From: Octopus vulgaris
Taxonomy: Eukaryota
Assembly: GCA_951406725.2 (NCBI GenBank)
Contig: OX597834.1
Location: forward strand, 10,540,001 to 10,604,000
Direction: 5' to 3'
DNA length: 64,000 nucleotides
Below the pieces are notes generated by a model. The model was not told the origin of the DNA and did not search any database. It was given only the letters and a program-made list of their open reading frames with translations. A program made the position numbers and the translations under genes. Shown here in pieces: positions 29,581 through 44,948 of this stretch (positions within the stretch are counted from its first letter, which is position 1; every line of letters starts with the position of its first letter).

Positions 29581-30957
29581 AGGAGTAGAAGTAAAAGCTG
29601 CAATAACCAAGCTTTCAAGGTGCTTTCTGCTCCATACCAGTCAATTAAAATAGATTTTATCGTAATTTTCAAATAGATATAATTACACTTTCTCGAGACA
29701 GTGACGCTGGACGCTGATTCGAACATCTCAGTGAAGATATAAAGCACACAGATGTGTGTTTTATATCCAATCTCTCAAAGCGAATGACTGCAAATCATAG
29801 TATATATATATTTTTTTTTGGTTGCATTTTATCTCAGCATATTGCTAAATATAAGAACTGCAGAGGACCAATAGAGAATATAGTATTCATTATATTATTA
29901 CCAGGGATTTTTTTTTATGGTTTGTGTTGTCCTGGTTGTTATATTGTTGCTATTCCAGCGATTCTTTCTTTATGCATGAGATCATTCAATAGTAATCTGT
30001 ACTAATATACTAAATACCATTGACTTTCTCAGCCACCTACGTTAGTTTCATTTAAGCGTCAAGGGAATTTTGTTATTGCAAATGTTTCACACCTTTTTGT
30101 ATCATGTATGATATTGTTAACAAACGGTAAGCAGCGGAAGCATAATACAATTGCCGAGATGTTTGGAATGAATTGCAAATATTTAATTTCAACAGTTGGT
30201 GCTCGATCCAGTTGTATATGTAACAATCATCATTCCATTCTAACGCTCTGGTGGGTAGTGAAAGTAAATATTCCATATTACACAATAGCTTATTACATAA
30301 AACACATTCGGGTGATATTTTCCAACACAGAAATATTATTATAGATTCGACAAAATAGTGAATATTAACGCTAAATGAATTTAGTAATGGACAAGCGCTA
30401 GTGGAAGCTTATATGGGAATACATTAGGTTAGATAACACATGTTAAGAAACCATTAATGGATATATCATACAACTTCAAAGATACATTGAAATCAGAATT
30501 ACAGTGATACAATGACGATGGAGAATGCTTCAATAAAACGAATTTGTATTATAGTCAGATGACAGAATAAGAAGTATGTATAGGATTAAATATTATGTAG
30601 TATAGAGTTTGGTCCCTCCAACTTCTGATTTCAAACGCCACCGGAGCCAACGCTGCCTTTCATCAATCTGCGGTTCATAAAGTAAGTACAAATAATGCAG
30701 AGAGATCAATTAAACTGATTATACCTTCACATGCAATAATTGTCCTTCGACTAGTCAAGGGAAATCAAATTTCGAATTAGATAATTATATAAATAGAATT
30801 ATACATATATTTACTACCGTCGATATGTTACAACTAAATGAGATACGCGCTTTAATGAGATTTCATGACGCACTTACGTCCGTTCCTTAAATAGTTAAAT
30901 AGGATTAACTCGTATGGTACATAATGTGTCACATAATTGTCTTTATGTACGTACGTT

Positions 30958-30998
<41 letters not shown>

Positions 30999-31062
30999 AA
31001 TCTCTATCTCCCTTTCGGCTTATCTCTGTCACTTTCTTTTTTCTCTCTCTCTCGCTCTCTTT

Positions 31063-31121
<59 letters not shown>

Positions 31122-31233
31122 CATATATGCGTGAGTAAGTGTGTCTCTGAGGTGTGTTTACGAATGTACACAAACAGACTCACGCACATATATATATATA
31201 TACACTATATATACATATACACAAACACATGCA

Positions 31234-31271
<38 letters not shown>

Positions 31272-31433
31272 AAACATATACGTATACATCAATACTTATT
31301 TATTTATTTATTCAAATGTATAAATGTGTATGTATATATATTCATATACATACATATGTATACATACCACGTTTCTTTGCCTGAAAACGGGAATGAATTG
31401 ACTTAACTGAGGATTACAAATGTTCTTAATAAC

Positions 31434-31481
<48 letters not shown>

Positions 31482-32205
31482 TCACACGGAAATATATGCA
31501 TATACGTACGTTTTTGTATGTTCTGTATTAACATGCGTGCATATATAAATATAAATATATACATACAAGCATACTCGGCCACACGAATAAGGATTTGAAT
31601 GATTGTATGAATATAATTATATATACAGACAACGTGCACGAATGCACACACACACACAGACACACACACACACACACACTGACACGCAAACAGACATACA
31701 CACATACCCACTCATATGTATATTTATACAAGGCAGTTTGCTCGTCTTTACAAGATATGGTTATCTCTTCAGTTTTTAATGCCATCATACAGTAAATTCT
31801 CGGATTGCTATCCGTCGTATGATATCTCGTGGCAAACACACTCTCTTGTAGATATCACGAACATTGTGAAGCCGAAAATTTTCTGGGTTTGAGAGAAAGA
31901 CATCTTAATGAAATACTTGTCGTCTTCTTCCTTCATCTCATTGTTCTTCCTTTCGTTTTGGTTTCCCGAACACTACCTTGTCATTTCTTATTTCTTTATT
32001 GCCAACAAGGGGCTAAACATAGAGGTGGAATTTGAACTCAGGACGTAACGGCAGACGAAATACCTATTTCTATTTCTTTCCTACCCACAAGGGGCGAAAG
32101 GATAGACAAACGGATTAAGTTGATTATATCGACCCAGTACGTAACTGGTACTTCAATGGTAAACGACTAAATAAATAAATGAAGTGAATAGGAAGGGGTA
32201 TTCCG

Positions 32206-32254
<49 letters not shown>

Positions 32255-32347
32255 ATATATATGTATATACATATATGTGTGTGTATGCACGCGTGTGTGT
32301 GAGTATATAAATACATCAATGCAACATATATGCAGTCACACACTCAG

Positions 32348-32417
<70 letters not shown>

Positions 32418-32897
32418 CCGCATGTCATGTGTGTCCGCATGTCATTCTGTCCGTCTGTATGTGTTTATATGTATGTGTATGTGTGTGTGTATGTGCGTAT
32501 ACAAGTACGTAAGTATGCATGTATATATGTAAGTATGTATGTATGTATGTATGTATGTGTGTATGTATGTATGTATGTATGTATGCAAGGAAGTAGGTGA
32601 GTATTTTTTTAGCAGGGAATAAACCACGAAAGACGAATTTTCGCTAGAACTATTTGTAAAGCTATGAGACAGTAAATAAATATTTACTCACAAGAGAATT
32701 CTATCAAAACACCAACTGATAATTGTTTTTAAATGTTTGTTTAAACCATTTGTGAGCCACACTTCAATGAATATGAATTAGAATGCTTTTTGGTATTCCG
32801 TTATATATCATATATTATTGCACCAATATATACACGTATATGCGTATAAATACATAGATACATACATTTATATATATACATGCATATACGTATACAT

Positions 32898-32952
<55 letters not shown>

Positions 32953-33007
32953 TATATGCCTATACATTCATAGAAACATACATTTATATATATACATGTA
33001 TATATGT

Positions 33008-33048
<41 letters not shown>

Positions 33049-33207
33049 TATTCCTATACATACATAGATACATAAATCTACATATACATTCATATAGGTA
33101 TACATATATATATATATACGTATATATATATATACATATATACACAAACGTGTAGTATATATATATACATATATATATATATACATATATACACAAACGT
33201 GTATGTA

Positions 33208-33280
<73 letters not shown>

Positions 33281-33875
33281 CTTGTGTGTATAAGATTTAT
33301 AAAGTATATTGAAACATAGAACGTCTCTCGTTTTGTTTTCATCTTTTTTGTCTCATAGAATTTTGCCAATGAGTGTTTTCTGTTTTAACACGTTTTGCTC
33401 ACTCACTGAAGGATCGTGATGCAAATTCTAGCAATAAACTTCTAGTATAGCTAGTTTTTGTACAGTACACTAACTGATTTGTTTAACGATTTCTGCATCA
33501 GAAGAAACACTTATCGGCTAAATTCAGTCTGTCCCAGATATTTGCGTCTGACGAGATTCAATCAGGTCGGAGCATTGTGTATTGCGCTGCATTGACGTTT
33601 TAAGCAAAGCACTGTGTTTTGAGACCAAAGTCACGTTGTGAACTACATTGTATACGCATTATATATGTTATAAACAGATTATTTTAATGTCTGTTTCAAG
33701 TATGTATATTAATACACACACACACGTACATGCACATACATATACGAAAAAAAAAACAACAGACGCACACACACATACACACACATATCTATGTGTATAT
33801 ATCCATGTATATATATATATATGTGTGTGTGTATATATATTTGTGTGTGTGTGTGTGTGTAAATGTATGCACACA

Positions 33876-34290
33876 CAAGGGATGGATAAAATAATGGAAA
33901 TGCCATATTAAATCGCAGTTTTAGAATTGGACACAAAGTTGTTCCCACTTAGCCTTTAATTACATTTTTAATACGCCGAGGAATTGCCTCGTAATAGGTT
34001 TTGATTGATTGCTAGACGAATTTTGTGCCATTCCTCAAGTAAAACCTGTTTTCGATTTTTCAGTAACGATAGAGAAGAGAAACGACTCCTTATTTGCTGC
34101 TCCCAAGCATATCATAAATGTTGGATTAAAATGAGTTCCATTAAGTGGTGGGGGCTTATTAAAGTGAGTTATTTCACCTTTATGTTGTCTGTGATAATTT
34201 TAAATAGCATTAGCCGTTTGAATCTTCATGAAATATTGAACTGCCATCAGGGAACCATGTCTATACTACATGATGGCCATAACCAACCAA
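33876..34290 (-). mobile_element. Tc1/mariner remnant (TIR plus decayed transposase C-terminus)
   Basis: TIR-like CAAGGGATGGATAAAATAATGGAAA; minus-strand frames give FPDGSSIFHED...WEQQIRSR...LLEEWHKI...EAIPRRIKNVIK, typical of a Tc1 C-terminus, with frameshifts and stops. Confidence 0.7.
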
Positions 34291-34818
34291 ATTACTGAGG
34301 TGATAACTTTCATTGCGCTTATATATAGAACAACTAAAGAACTAAGAGAACTCATTGATATGATTGTCCAAATCGCCAGACAGTCACTACCATCTGACAA
34401 TGGTGAATGTCTCTTTGAGCAACCTCGAGACATAAGCTCAACCCAAATAAATCCTTGGGGTCGATTTGGTCGATTAAAGGCAGCGCTTGATCATGGAAGC
34501 AGTCAAATGACTGAAACAAATAATGAATAAAAAAAAGTAAAAGAATAGATATCTTCAAAATAAAGTGAATAAATAAATCCTGCAAAGCCAAGTGCTATAT
34601 CATAAGTACAAGTTATACATTTGCAGACGAGAACTCCTTCGAATTTGTATTATAGTTAATACAAAACGAAGTTTAAGTCAAAATCGCCGCCATTTTTTAT
34701 ATAAACAGTGTAAAGACACACACAACACGCACACATACATGTGTCTGTTTTTTATGCATGTCTGAATGTGTGTGTGAAAGCACACACATTCATAAATTTA
34801 TGTATAAATCTATCTATC

Positions 34819-34929
<111 letters not shown>

Positions 34930-34932
34930 AAA

Positions 34933-35520
<588 letters not shown>

Positions 35521-35598
35521 ATATATGCGTGTATATGTAAATGTAGGTACGTACATATATGTATGTATATATGCATATGTTTCATTTATTAATTTGTT

Positions 35599-35990
<392 letters not shown>

Positions 35991-36534
35991 ATGTGTACGT
36001 GTGATGCATTGTGCAAGCGCTTACGTTCATTTCAGTTATGTGTATGCGAGATTGGTTGATGTACTTTTAACGCAACTAAATTTGGCAAATTCTATAAGCC
36101 GGGGGATGCTGAAATCTACCACAATATATTTGCTAGATAGATTTATAGAATTGTTCATACTAATTCATGCTAGACATTAATATGTAAGTAATGAGGGGAA
36201 AATAAATCACTGTCTTGCACATAATAGAGCTTGTTGAGAAAATCTTAATATTTATTATCGGAAAATTGCTCTTTTTGTCCAAATTGTACAACGTGTCCGT
36301 TTACTTAATCAACAGTTGTTAAAAAACAGAGCATGACTGTTTAACAGCAATGCTTAGCTTGGAAACAAGAATGTCCACAGATGTACTGTAGCGTAGTGCC
36401 TGTTTCATTGGATTTGCTCTGTTGAATTCGTTTGGAAGTGGTTGGACACCCTCCTCCGACAGGAGAACTATGGCAAACTCATAGGCATGAAATATTCACG
36501 CGCTCAGATTATATTTAAGCAAACACATAGATAA

Positions 36535-36868
36535 GTTTCTTTATTGGCCACACAGGGCTGCACACAGATGAGACAAGAGCTTTTCTTTTGGGGGAGGAAA
36601 AAAAAAAGGTGGCGTACGTTTTCGATCAAAAGGGATCGTAAAAGGGAAAAAAGAACAAAAAAAAAGAAAAAAAGAAACAAAAGAAAACAAAGGAAAAGAA
36701 AATAAACGAAAAAAGGGAAAAGGAACAAAAGAAAGGAAAAAGGAAAAAAGGGGAAGAGGAAAAAAACGATCAATAGGGATCGTGTATCACAGTGTCATGA
36801 TGTATGGTGTAAAGGGGAAAGCAAGTAAGGTTTATCCGTGGGAAGAAAAGCCTACGAAAAAGACCACG
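36535..36868 (-). mobile_element. LINE 3' UTR fragment (Tx1/L1-like tail)
   Basis: Minus strand ends GTGTGCAGCCCTGTGTGGCCAATAAAGAAAC; second copy at 37214-37383; tail resembles that of SINE B. Confidence 0.55.
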
Positions 36869-36897
36869 TACATACATACATACATACATACATACAT

Positions 36898-36937
<40 letters not shown>

Positions 36938-37213
36938 ACATATATACTCACAACAAGCACATATACGTACATACAAACTTGAGAAATTAGGCTTATCACA
37001 ACCACAATGGAGAAAGTTGATTTACAGAACGAACAAAGATTCAATCCCATCACTGGAAGTTTAAATCCTTGTCAACCTTTCCAGAAGTTTACCATTTCAG
37101 TAGATATGCGCATGTGTAGACATGCAAGTATGTACATGAGAATACACAGATACATACATATCTGCTCTTGCAATAACTCCAGAAACTGCACACATTCAAA
37201 CATACACATAATA

Positions 37214-37383
37214 TGTTTCTTTATTAGCCACACAGGGCTGCACACAGACGGGACAGATTACAAAGTAGAGCTTTCCTTTTTCTTGGAGAAAAAAAATGTG
37301 GGGTAGGTTTTCGATCAAAAGGGATCGTAAGAGGGAAAGAAGAAAAAAAAAAGAAAAAGAAGGAAAGAGAAAAAAGAAAAAAA
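37214..37383 (-). mobile_element. LINE 3' UTR fragment, second copy
   Basis: Homologous to 36535-36660. Confidence 0.55.
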
Positions 37384-37694
37384 CATACACGTAATTATAC
37401 CCAGTTGATGTTATTAAAATTCCAATGAATGAGCCTTGGTTCCAGGTAAGAAACCATCTCTTTCTCTATTGGCAAGAAATCTTTAAATCAAACAGAATAA
37501 TTTCACGAGATACTGCATAGTTTCTGGTTTGCAGATTCTATAAGAAATGAATGTAGCATCAATTAAACAAAGGCAGTTCTATCAAAGACATCACACAGTG
37601 AAAAGCAACCGAGAAGAATGCAGGTGAAAACCAGTATATGTATCGAGTATGTGATCTCTCTCTCTCTCACTCGCTCTCCGGATGTGTATGTGTG

Positions 37695-38238
<544 letters not shown>

Positions 38239-38261
38239 GATATATATATATATATATATAT

Positions 38262-38546
38262 TTCGTTTTGAGATTTGGTTTGCAAGATTCTTTATATGAG
38301 TTCGTGTTTTGAAGCATATTCTGTTGTGTCTGGGGAGAGTCATTCTCTTTTAGTGCCTTATTATTTAACACACTCACCGGTAAAATTTCCACTTATCCCT
38401 TATTTTTGTTTTCTAAAATTTGCGTCTTGCAACATTTTCAATAGTCTTGAATCTTGAAAAGACTATAAGAAATAAGTGGAAATTTTACTGGTGAGTGTGT
38501 TAAATAATAAGGCACTATAAGAGAATCACTCTCCTCAGACACAAGA

Positions 38547-38547
<1 letters not shown>
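38262..38547. mobile_element. Penelope-like fragment with a 72-bp inverted duplication
   Basis: 38325-38396 is the reverse complement of 38472-38543; TA-flanked; related to 45478-45690 (TTTGCAAGATTC...). Confidence 0.6.
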
Positions 38548-38569
<22 letters not shown>

Positions 38570-38582
<13 letters not shown>

Positions 38583-38964
38583 CTGAAGTTGTCTATGTGT
38601 GTGTGTGGCAGGTTTGGTAGCCTTCAACTAACACTATCTCCTAGGAGACCCTGTGGCGCAACGTGACCAAAATTGAGAGTACGATAGAAGAAAGCTTGCT
38701 CTTCCTCCGGTAGAAGAAAATATTCTAATCGGACCATGTTAAGACCAAAATTTATTTACATCAAAATGGTGCTTTTTTTTCTATGAAAATCCCTATTTTT
38801 TACGATTTTTTGTCTGTTGTGCCACCATTTTTCGGTGTATTTCAAACAGAGAAATGTTCACTTAAAGAGAATAACAAGCTACATAATGCAACAATTTTAC
38901 TTTTCAAAAATTCCAATTCTAAGGGGTCGAAACAAACCCGAGCAACGCCGAGCGATACAGCTAG
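38570..38964 (+). mobile_element. Non-autonomous Helitron, variant 3 (same termini, different interior)
   Basis: 5' TATATATAAAGCTGAAGTTGT.. (exact start hidden in (TA)n); 3' AAACCCGAGCAACGCCGAGCGATACAGCTAG. Confidence 0.7.
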
Positions 38965-39179
38965 AATATATATATATATATATATATTTAAAATATAAAT
39001 ATATGAAAGAATGGAGCTGAACGACAAATTAACAAAATTCCTTTATTTTCGACATATGTTTCGAAGGCTGTATATTCCTAATTGCGAAAGAATAAGGAGT
39101 ACATTTTTCTGATGTGAATTTGCTACCCAGGTATCGGTTAATTCGAATTATCCTTAATAAGATAATTCATTCAACTACT

Positions 39180-39246
<67 letters not shown>

Positions 39247-39687
39247 GTATGCAAATCTCTCCTGTGCTAGTTCTAGAACTTTCTGTACAGTGTATATAAA
39301 TAAATACGTTGTCTGATTTTATTATTTTATTATTCATTATTCAAAATTATTATGTGAAACAAAAAGATTTCATAGAATGTTCTGCTATTTACTGTTTTCA
39401 TTTCGTTCTGTTACGTCGATAGTTTTTCTGTCATATGTTAATTACGTCTGATTTCTCTGATCTCCGTAGGTATCAAGAGAAAAAATCTTAACAAAATCCA
39501 TTTATACATAAATGACAACATCTCCATTATTATTTTTTATTATTATTTTTTTTTTTGTTCAGTTGAAGAACTGAGTCGGTTTCATGGCAAATGTTCTGTT
39601 TGAGTTGTTTTGTGTCTAGAAACTGACTTGGTTATATTAGCTGAATTATATTTACATATGTACATCAATATATTCACGCACGTACAT

Positions 39688-39767
<80 letters not shown>

Positions 39768-40394
39768 CACATATATACATATATATACGTATACATACAT
39801 AAATATATATATATATATATATACACATATATATACATATATACATATATATATATACATATATACATATATATATACATATACATATATACATATATAT
39901 ATACATATATATATATACACATATATACATATACATATATATATATATACATACATGCATATATATGTGCATATATATATATATATATGTATGAGTGTAT
40001 GTGTGTGTTTGTGTGTGCGTATGTGAGAATGCAGATGTTTGTAAATTTGAATATATATACATTTATGCACATAAATTTATATTAGTACGCGCGTGTTTAT
40101 GGGGTGCGTGAAGGCTTCTGTTTATATATCTCACGTTCTATGCACCACCCCACAACCACACACACACATGCACACCCACATACATTCGAAATGCAATAAA
40201 TTTGTATCATGACTTAAAGTATTGACTCATAGATTACGTTTCACACGTATCTCCACCCTTGAGAAATATCATGGCGACAATAAATTTATACAATACAAAC
40301 CCAACACTAATATCTCGGAATCCTCACCTACAACAAGCATAATCAACAAAAATATAATTTATATTCATCAGAATAAAACAGACTTGATGGATAG

Positions 40395-40509
40395 ATCTAT
40401 CTATCTATCTATCTACCTACCTACCTACCTACCTACCTATCTATCTATCTTTCCATCCATCAATCCATCTATCAATCTACCTACATACTATTCTATCTAT
40501 CCATCTATG

Positions 40510-40552
<43 letters not shown>

Positions 40553-40635
40553 ATGTCTACATATGTATCTATCTAACGATCTATCTATTTGTCTATCTAT
40601 CTAACAAACTATATATCTACCTATCATCTATCTAA

Positions 40636-40676
<41 letters not shown>

Positions 40677-40677
40677 G

Positions 40678-40724
<47 letters not shown>

Positions 40725-40770
40725 ATCTATCTATCTAACGATCTATCTATCTATCTATCTATCTATCAAG

Positions 40771-40858
<88 letters not shown>

Positions 40859-40925
40859 GCATATCTATCTATCTATTTATCTATCTGCTTTCTTTCTCTC
40901 TCTCTCTATCTATCTGTCTATCTAT
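40395..40925. repeat. (ATCT)n/(ACCT)n microsatellite
   Basis: Seen directly. Confidence 0.95.
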
Positions 40926-41476
40926 CTGTTTCTCTGTATATCTCTTTGTATATATATATATGCATATCTAAGAACACACACACAATTACACACACACGCA
41001 CGTATACGCACACGTATGTGCCACACTGAACAGTTAATAAACATATTCTCAGAACTGAAACGTCATATATCTACCTATGAATAAACGGCGATAATTAAAT
41101 TGTCAGAAAGCAAAGATAGAGTGCGCTACTGTGTAGTTTCACATTCAGTTAATCTCAACTCACTCTCCACGCCATACACAATCACACACAAACATACATG
41201 GATATACTCTCAGAGAATATTTGATTCACTTACTTGCCGTTTCATTAATCTACTAGATAAGAAATTTCCGTACTTAAGAATCGCTCTAATGATCTTTGGC
41301 TCTTAAGGTTAACTCTTGGTGAAGGAATAGGCTGTGGCTCCTTCTTGATCTTCATCGTAACTTCACCTGAATTGTCAATACGTAAACTGTAGGATTTGTT
41401 TTGTACGAATTACGGTCTCTAAAATCGCTTACTTCAAGACACAACTTGTATGACGACAGTACGTTATATTTGTAAA

Positions 41477-41893
41477 TACTCTCTTACTCATTACTCTTTT
41501 ACTTGTTTCAGTCAGTTGACTGCGGCCATGCTGGAGCACCGCCTTTAATCGAGCAAATCGAACCCAGGACTTATTCTTTTGCAAGCCCAGTACTTATTCT
41601 ATCGGTCTCTTTTGCCGAACCGCTAGGTAACGGGGACATGAACACACCAGCATCGGTTGTCAAGCAATGCTAGGGGGACAAATACAGACACACAAACACA
41701 CACACGCATATATATATATACATATATACGACGAGCTTCTTTCAGTTTCCGTCTACCAAATTCACTCACAAGGCTTTGGTCGGCCCGAGGCTATAGTAGA
41801 AGACACTTGCCCAAGGTGCCACGCAGTGGGACTGAACCCGGAACCATGTGGTTGGTAAACAAGCTACTTACCACACAGCCACTCCTGCGCCTA
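41477..41893 (-). mobile_element. SINE family A, full length
   Basis: Homologous to other copies. Confidence 0.9.
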
Positions 41894-41906
41894 TATAAAT
41901 ATAACG

Positions 41907-41956
41907 TTCCCATGCCGGGAATCGAACCCGGGCCGCCTGGGTGAAAGCCAGGAATA
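41907..41956 (-). pseudogene. 5'-truncated tRNA-Glu(TTC) pseudogene
   Basis: ATTCCTGGCTTTCACCCAGGCGGCCCGGGTTCGATTCCCGGCATGGGAA gives the anticodon arm, T-arm and 3' acceptor of tRNA-Glu; D-arm and 5' acceptor are missing. Confidence 0.85.
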
Positions 41957-41988
41957 CTGGTACGAATTTTACACAAAGGATTATATTA

Positions 41989-42318
41989 GGGTGGTTGTAT
42001 ACTGTCAACTTAACGTGACAGTCCCGTATGGGAATTATCCCACCGCTGTTTAGCCCTAGGAAGCATCGATCGCTTCCTGTCGGCTTTGACACATTTCCTG
42101 TGTCCTTACGTTTGTGAAGGGGAGGCAAGCACCCGCACCACCCAAGATTCACACCTGAGGACACGCATGTTTCTGGGTCTTAACCCGTCAAGTCCTCAGG
42201 TGTGAATCTTGGCTGTGTCAAAGCCGACAGGAAGCATTCGATGCTTCCTAGGGCTAAACGGCGGTGGTGTAATTCCCATACGGGACTGTCACTTTAAGTT
42301 GACAGTATACAACCACTC
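41989..42318. mobile_element. 330-bp MITE with ~115-bp TIRs and an internal hairpin
   Basis: GGGTGGTTGTATACTGTCAACTT...GACACA / TGTGTC...AAGTTGACAGTATACAACCACTC, flanked by TA; internal CCAAGATTCACACCTGAGGAC/GTCCTCAGGTGTGAATCTTGG. Confidence 0.9.
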
Positions 42319-42799
42319 TATCGCTCCACCACCGCTCACGTCTCTTTCAGACATTTAGAAATTTAATATTTCTGATTATATTAGTGTATTATTGTATTTT
42401 GGGACGGTCAATTTTTTTGCCAAATGAATACACGCACTGTGTATTTGTTCCTCATTCGTTTATTACTGCACTTTTTTTTTCTATTTTAACTCATGTCCAT
42501 TATGCGGAAATCTTTCGTCACATATCTGGATGTGTAGCATCCAATATTAGGATGATAAAAGTTAATGTAACTTTTCTTTAGGTTTCATTGTCTTTGAGAA
42601 ATGAGAAATGTGTTTAACAGATTTGATTAATTGCCAGCATAGAGTAACGGGTGATAGTACATGGCCTATGATTTATATTAACGTCTATCTTTCGTGCTAT
42701 CGTATGTGGGTGAATATTCTGAATCTTGAAGCCTTGTGTAATTATTTTATTATTTAACATGTTTTAGATATTTCATTGCAGGTGTTAGTTGAAGAAATT

Positions 42800-43169
42800 G
42801 CTCCGAGGACTTATTCCGTGTAAGCCTAGTATCTATTCTAACGGCCTCTTTTGCCGAACCGCTAAGTTACCGGGATATAGACACACTAAAATTAGTTGTC
42901 AAGCGATGGAATGAGGATAAACACACACACACAAAGACATACACGCATATATATATATACATATATATGATAGAACGCCATGATAGACCGTTAGCTCGTA
43001 CACGCATTTTTTCTCTCTTTGTTTCTTTACTGTGTATCTTTCTGTCGAAGAGCGTAGGCTCGAAACGTAAAAGACTTGTTCAATTTCTATTCCTGAGCGC
43101 CATACTAATACATTTGTTTGTTTGTACTCCACCTGCCTTCGTCTTTTGCTTATTTTCGTAAACCTTCCC

Positions 43170-43218
<49 letters not shown>

Positions 43219-43246
43219 GACGGTCTTCTTTCATTTTTCAGTCTAC
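42800..43246 (-). mobile_element. Degenerate SINE A split by a Penelope-like insert (42965-43172)
   Basis: SINE A pieces lie on both sides of a TA-flanked insert. Confidence 0.7.
43037..43074 (+). ncRNA. Minimal type-I hammerhead-like motif (A6U variant, extra A)
   Basis: UCUUU-CUGUCGA-A-GAGC(GUAG)GCUC-GAAAC-GUA-AAAGA. Confidence 0.55.
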
Positions 43247-43528
43247 CTCCCTGTATTTCGCATCTTGTGGGTAATAAAGAATAAATATCGTTAGCACACC
43301 AAGAAAAATACTCAGCATTATTCCACCGCCTTTATTTCAAAAATGTCAAAGAAGTTGAATTTATCCTCTGTCATTCAATAATACCATATTGAAGAAATAT
43401 ATAAGCCTAACATGAAATGAGAAATGTTTGCCAAAAGTTAAATCATTATAGAAAAGTGACCTAGAATTGGTGATATATGGAGCGATGTTAGTATATTAGA
43501 GAGGAAATTGCTGATATATTTATTAATT

Positions 43529-43960
43529 GGATCTTTTCGGTTTGAACGGCAGTTTTTAACATAATTTCTAGGTAACTAAAAAATGTTAAACGTCGTATAC
43601 TGGTAGAATGTGCTTATAAAACACCTTTTTTCTCTTGGCTTTATTGAGAAAATGCTATAGTCTGTAAGATATTTGTTGTTTTTTTTTTCAATTTCTGCAA
43701 TTTCAACCAATCAACTACGTCCATTGAGGTAAACAACATTCTGTGCCGTATGAATATGTCCCTCGCTTAAGAAACAGATTAGGTTTATTTACATTTCTGA
43801 AGAAAAACAGATACCCTTCCCCCACCCCTAACTCTAACCCTAACTAACACTAACCCTAAAATAGATTGAAATTCAATAGATCGATACTAGGGTCATAATT
43901 ATGGGTGACAATTTCATATGACACCGCTAGAAAAAACTGCCGTTCAAACCGAAAAGGTCC
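43529..43960 (+). mobile_element. Merlin-like MITE, no TSD visible
   Basis: Same TIRs and body as 24548-24975. Confidence 0.9.
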
Positions 43961-44245
43961 GAGAAAATTTTTCTATTGGCAATTTGAAGTATTCTTCACC
44001 CATGGAACACTACTGGAGAGATATTTCCCTGTTCTTGAAACTATGTGAAAACCATGGGTACGTTAGTGGTGTTTCTGTTTTTGTAACGGTTGGTAAAATG
44101 TTTGATAGTCATTTGATAAAAGATTTATTCTGCCTTTGTTCCGCTGTGTCAACGTGCGACCCCTGCTTGTGGAGACAGTACATACAGAACAATTAGTTTA
44201 ACACGTAAAAGCAAATACATATGCAAGATCTTCATAAAATATACC

Positions 44246-44671
44246 GGATCTTTTCGGTTTGAACGGCAGTTTTTTTCTGACGGTGTCATATGAAATGCCA
44301 CCCATAATTATGACCCTAGAATCGATCTATTGCATTTCAATCTGTTTTAGGGTTAGGGTTAGTAAGGATTAGAGGTGGTGGAAGGGTATCTTTTTTTCTT
44401 CACAAATGTAAATAAACCCAATCTGTTTCTTAAACGAGCGACATATTCATACGGCACAGAATGCATTTTAACTCAATAGACGTCACTGATTGGTTGAAAT
44501 TGCAGAAATTGAAGAAAAACAACAACAAATATCTTACAAACTATAGAATCTTCTCAATAAAGCCAAGACAAAAAGATGTTTTATAAACACATTCTACCAG
44601 TATACGAAGTTTAAAATTTTTTAGTTACCTAGAAATTATGTTAAAAACTGCCGTTCAAACCGAAAAGATCC
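44246..44671 (-). mobile_element. Merlin-like MITE, no TSD visible
   Basis: Same family, inverted relative to its neighbours. Confidence 0.9.
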
Positions 44672-44948
44672 TTAGGTATACATTGCAATTATCCATTTGT
44701 ATAGACAAACAGTATATCTCGGTTGATTGGGAGGCTGCTTGATAGGAATTGCTGATATTCCTCCGCTCTGTAAAACCTATGTATCTGTTGCGATATATAT
44801 CTTTGTTTTGCAATTCTAGCAAGCCATTTATTTAATCTATGTTTGGAAACAAACCAACTACTGAAGAAGTAGACCACTGCTGATTGGAATCACCACAATA
44901 TACCGAATAGGTTCATGATTTCACCCATTATTTAAACATTCAGTTTAG

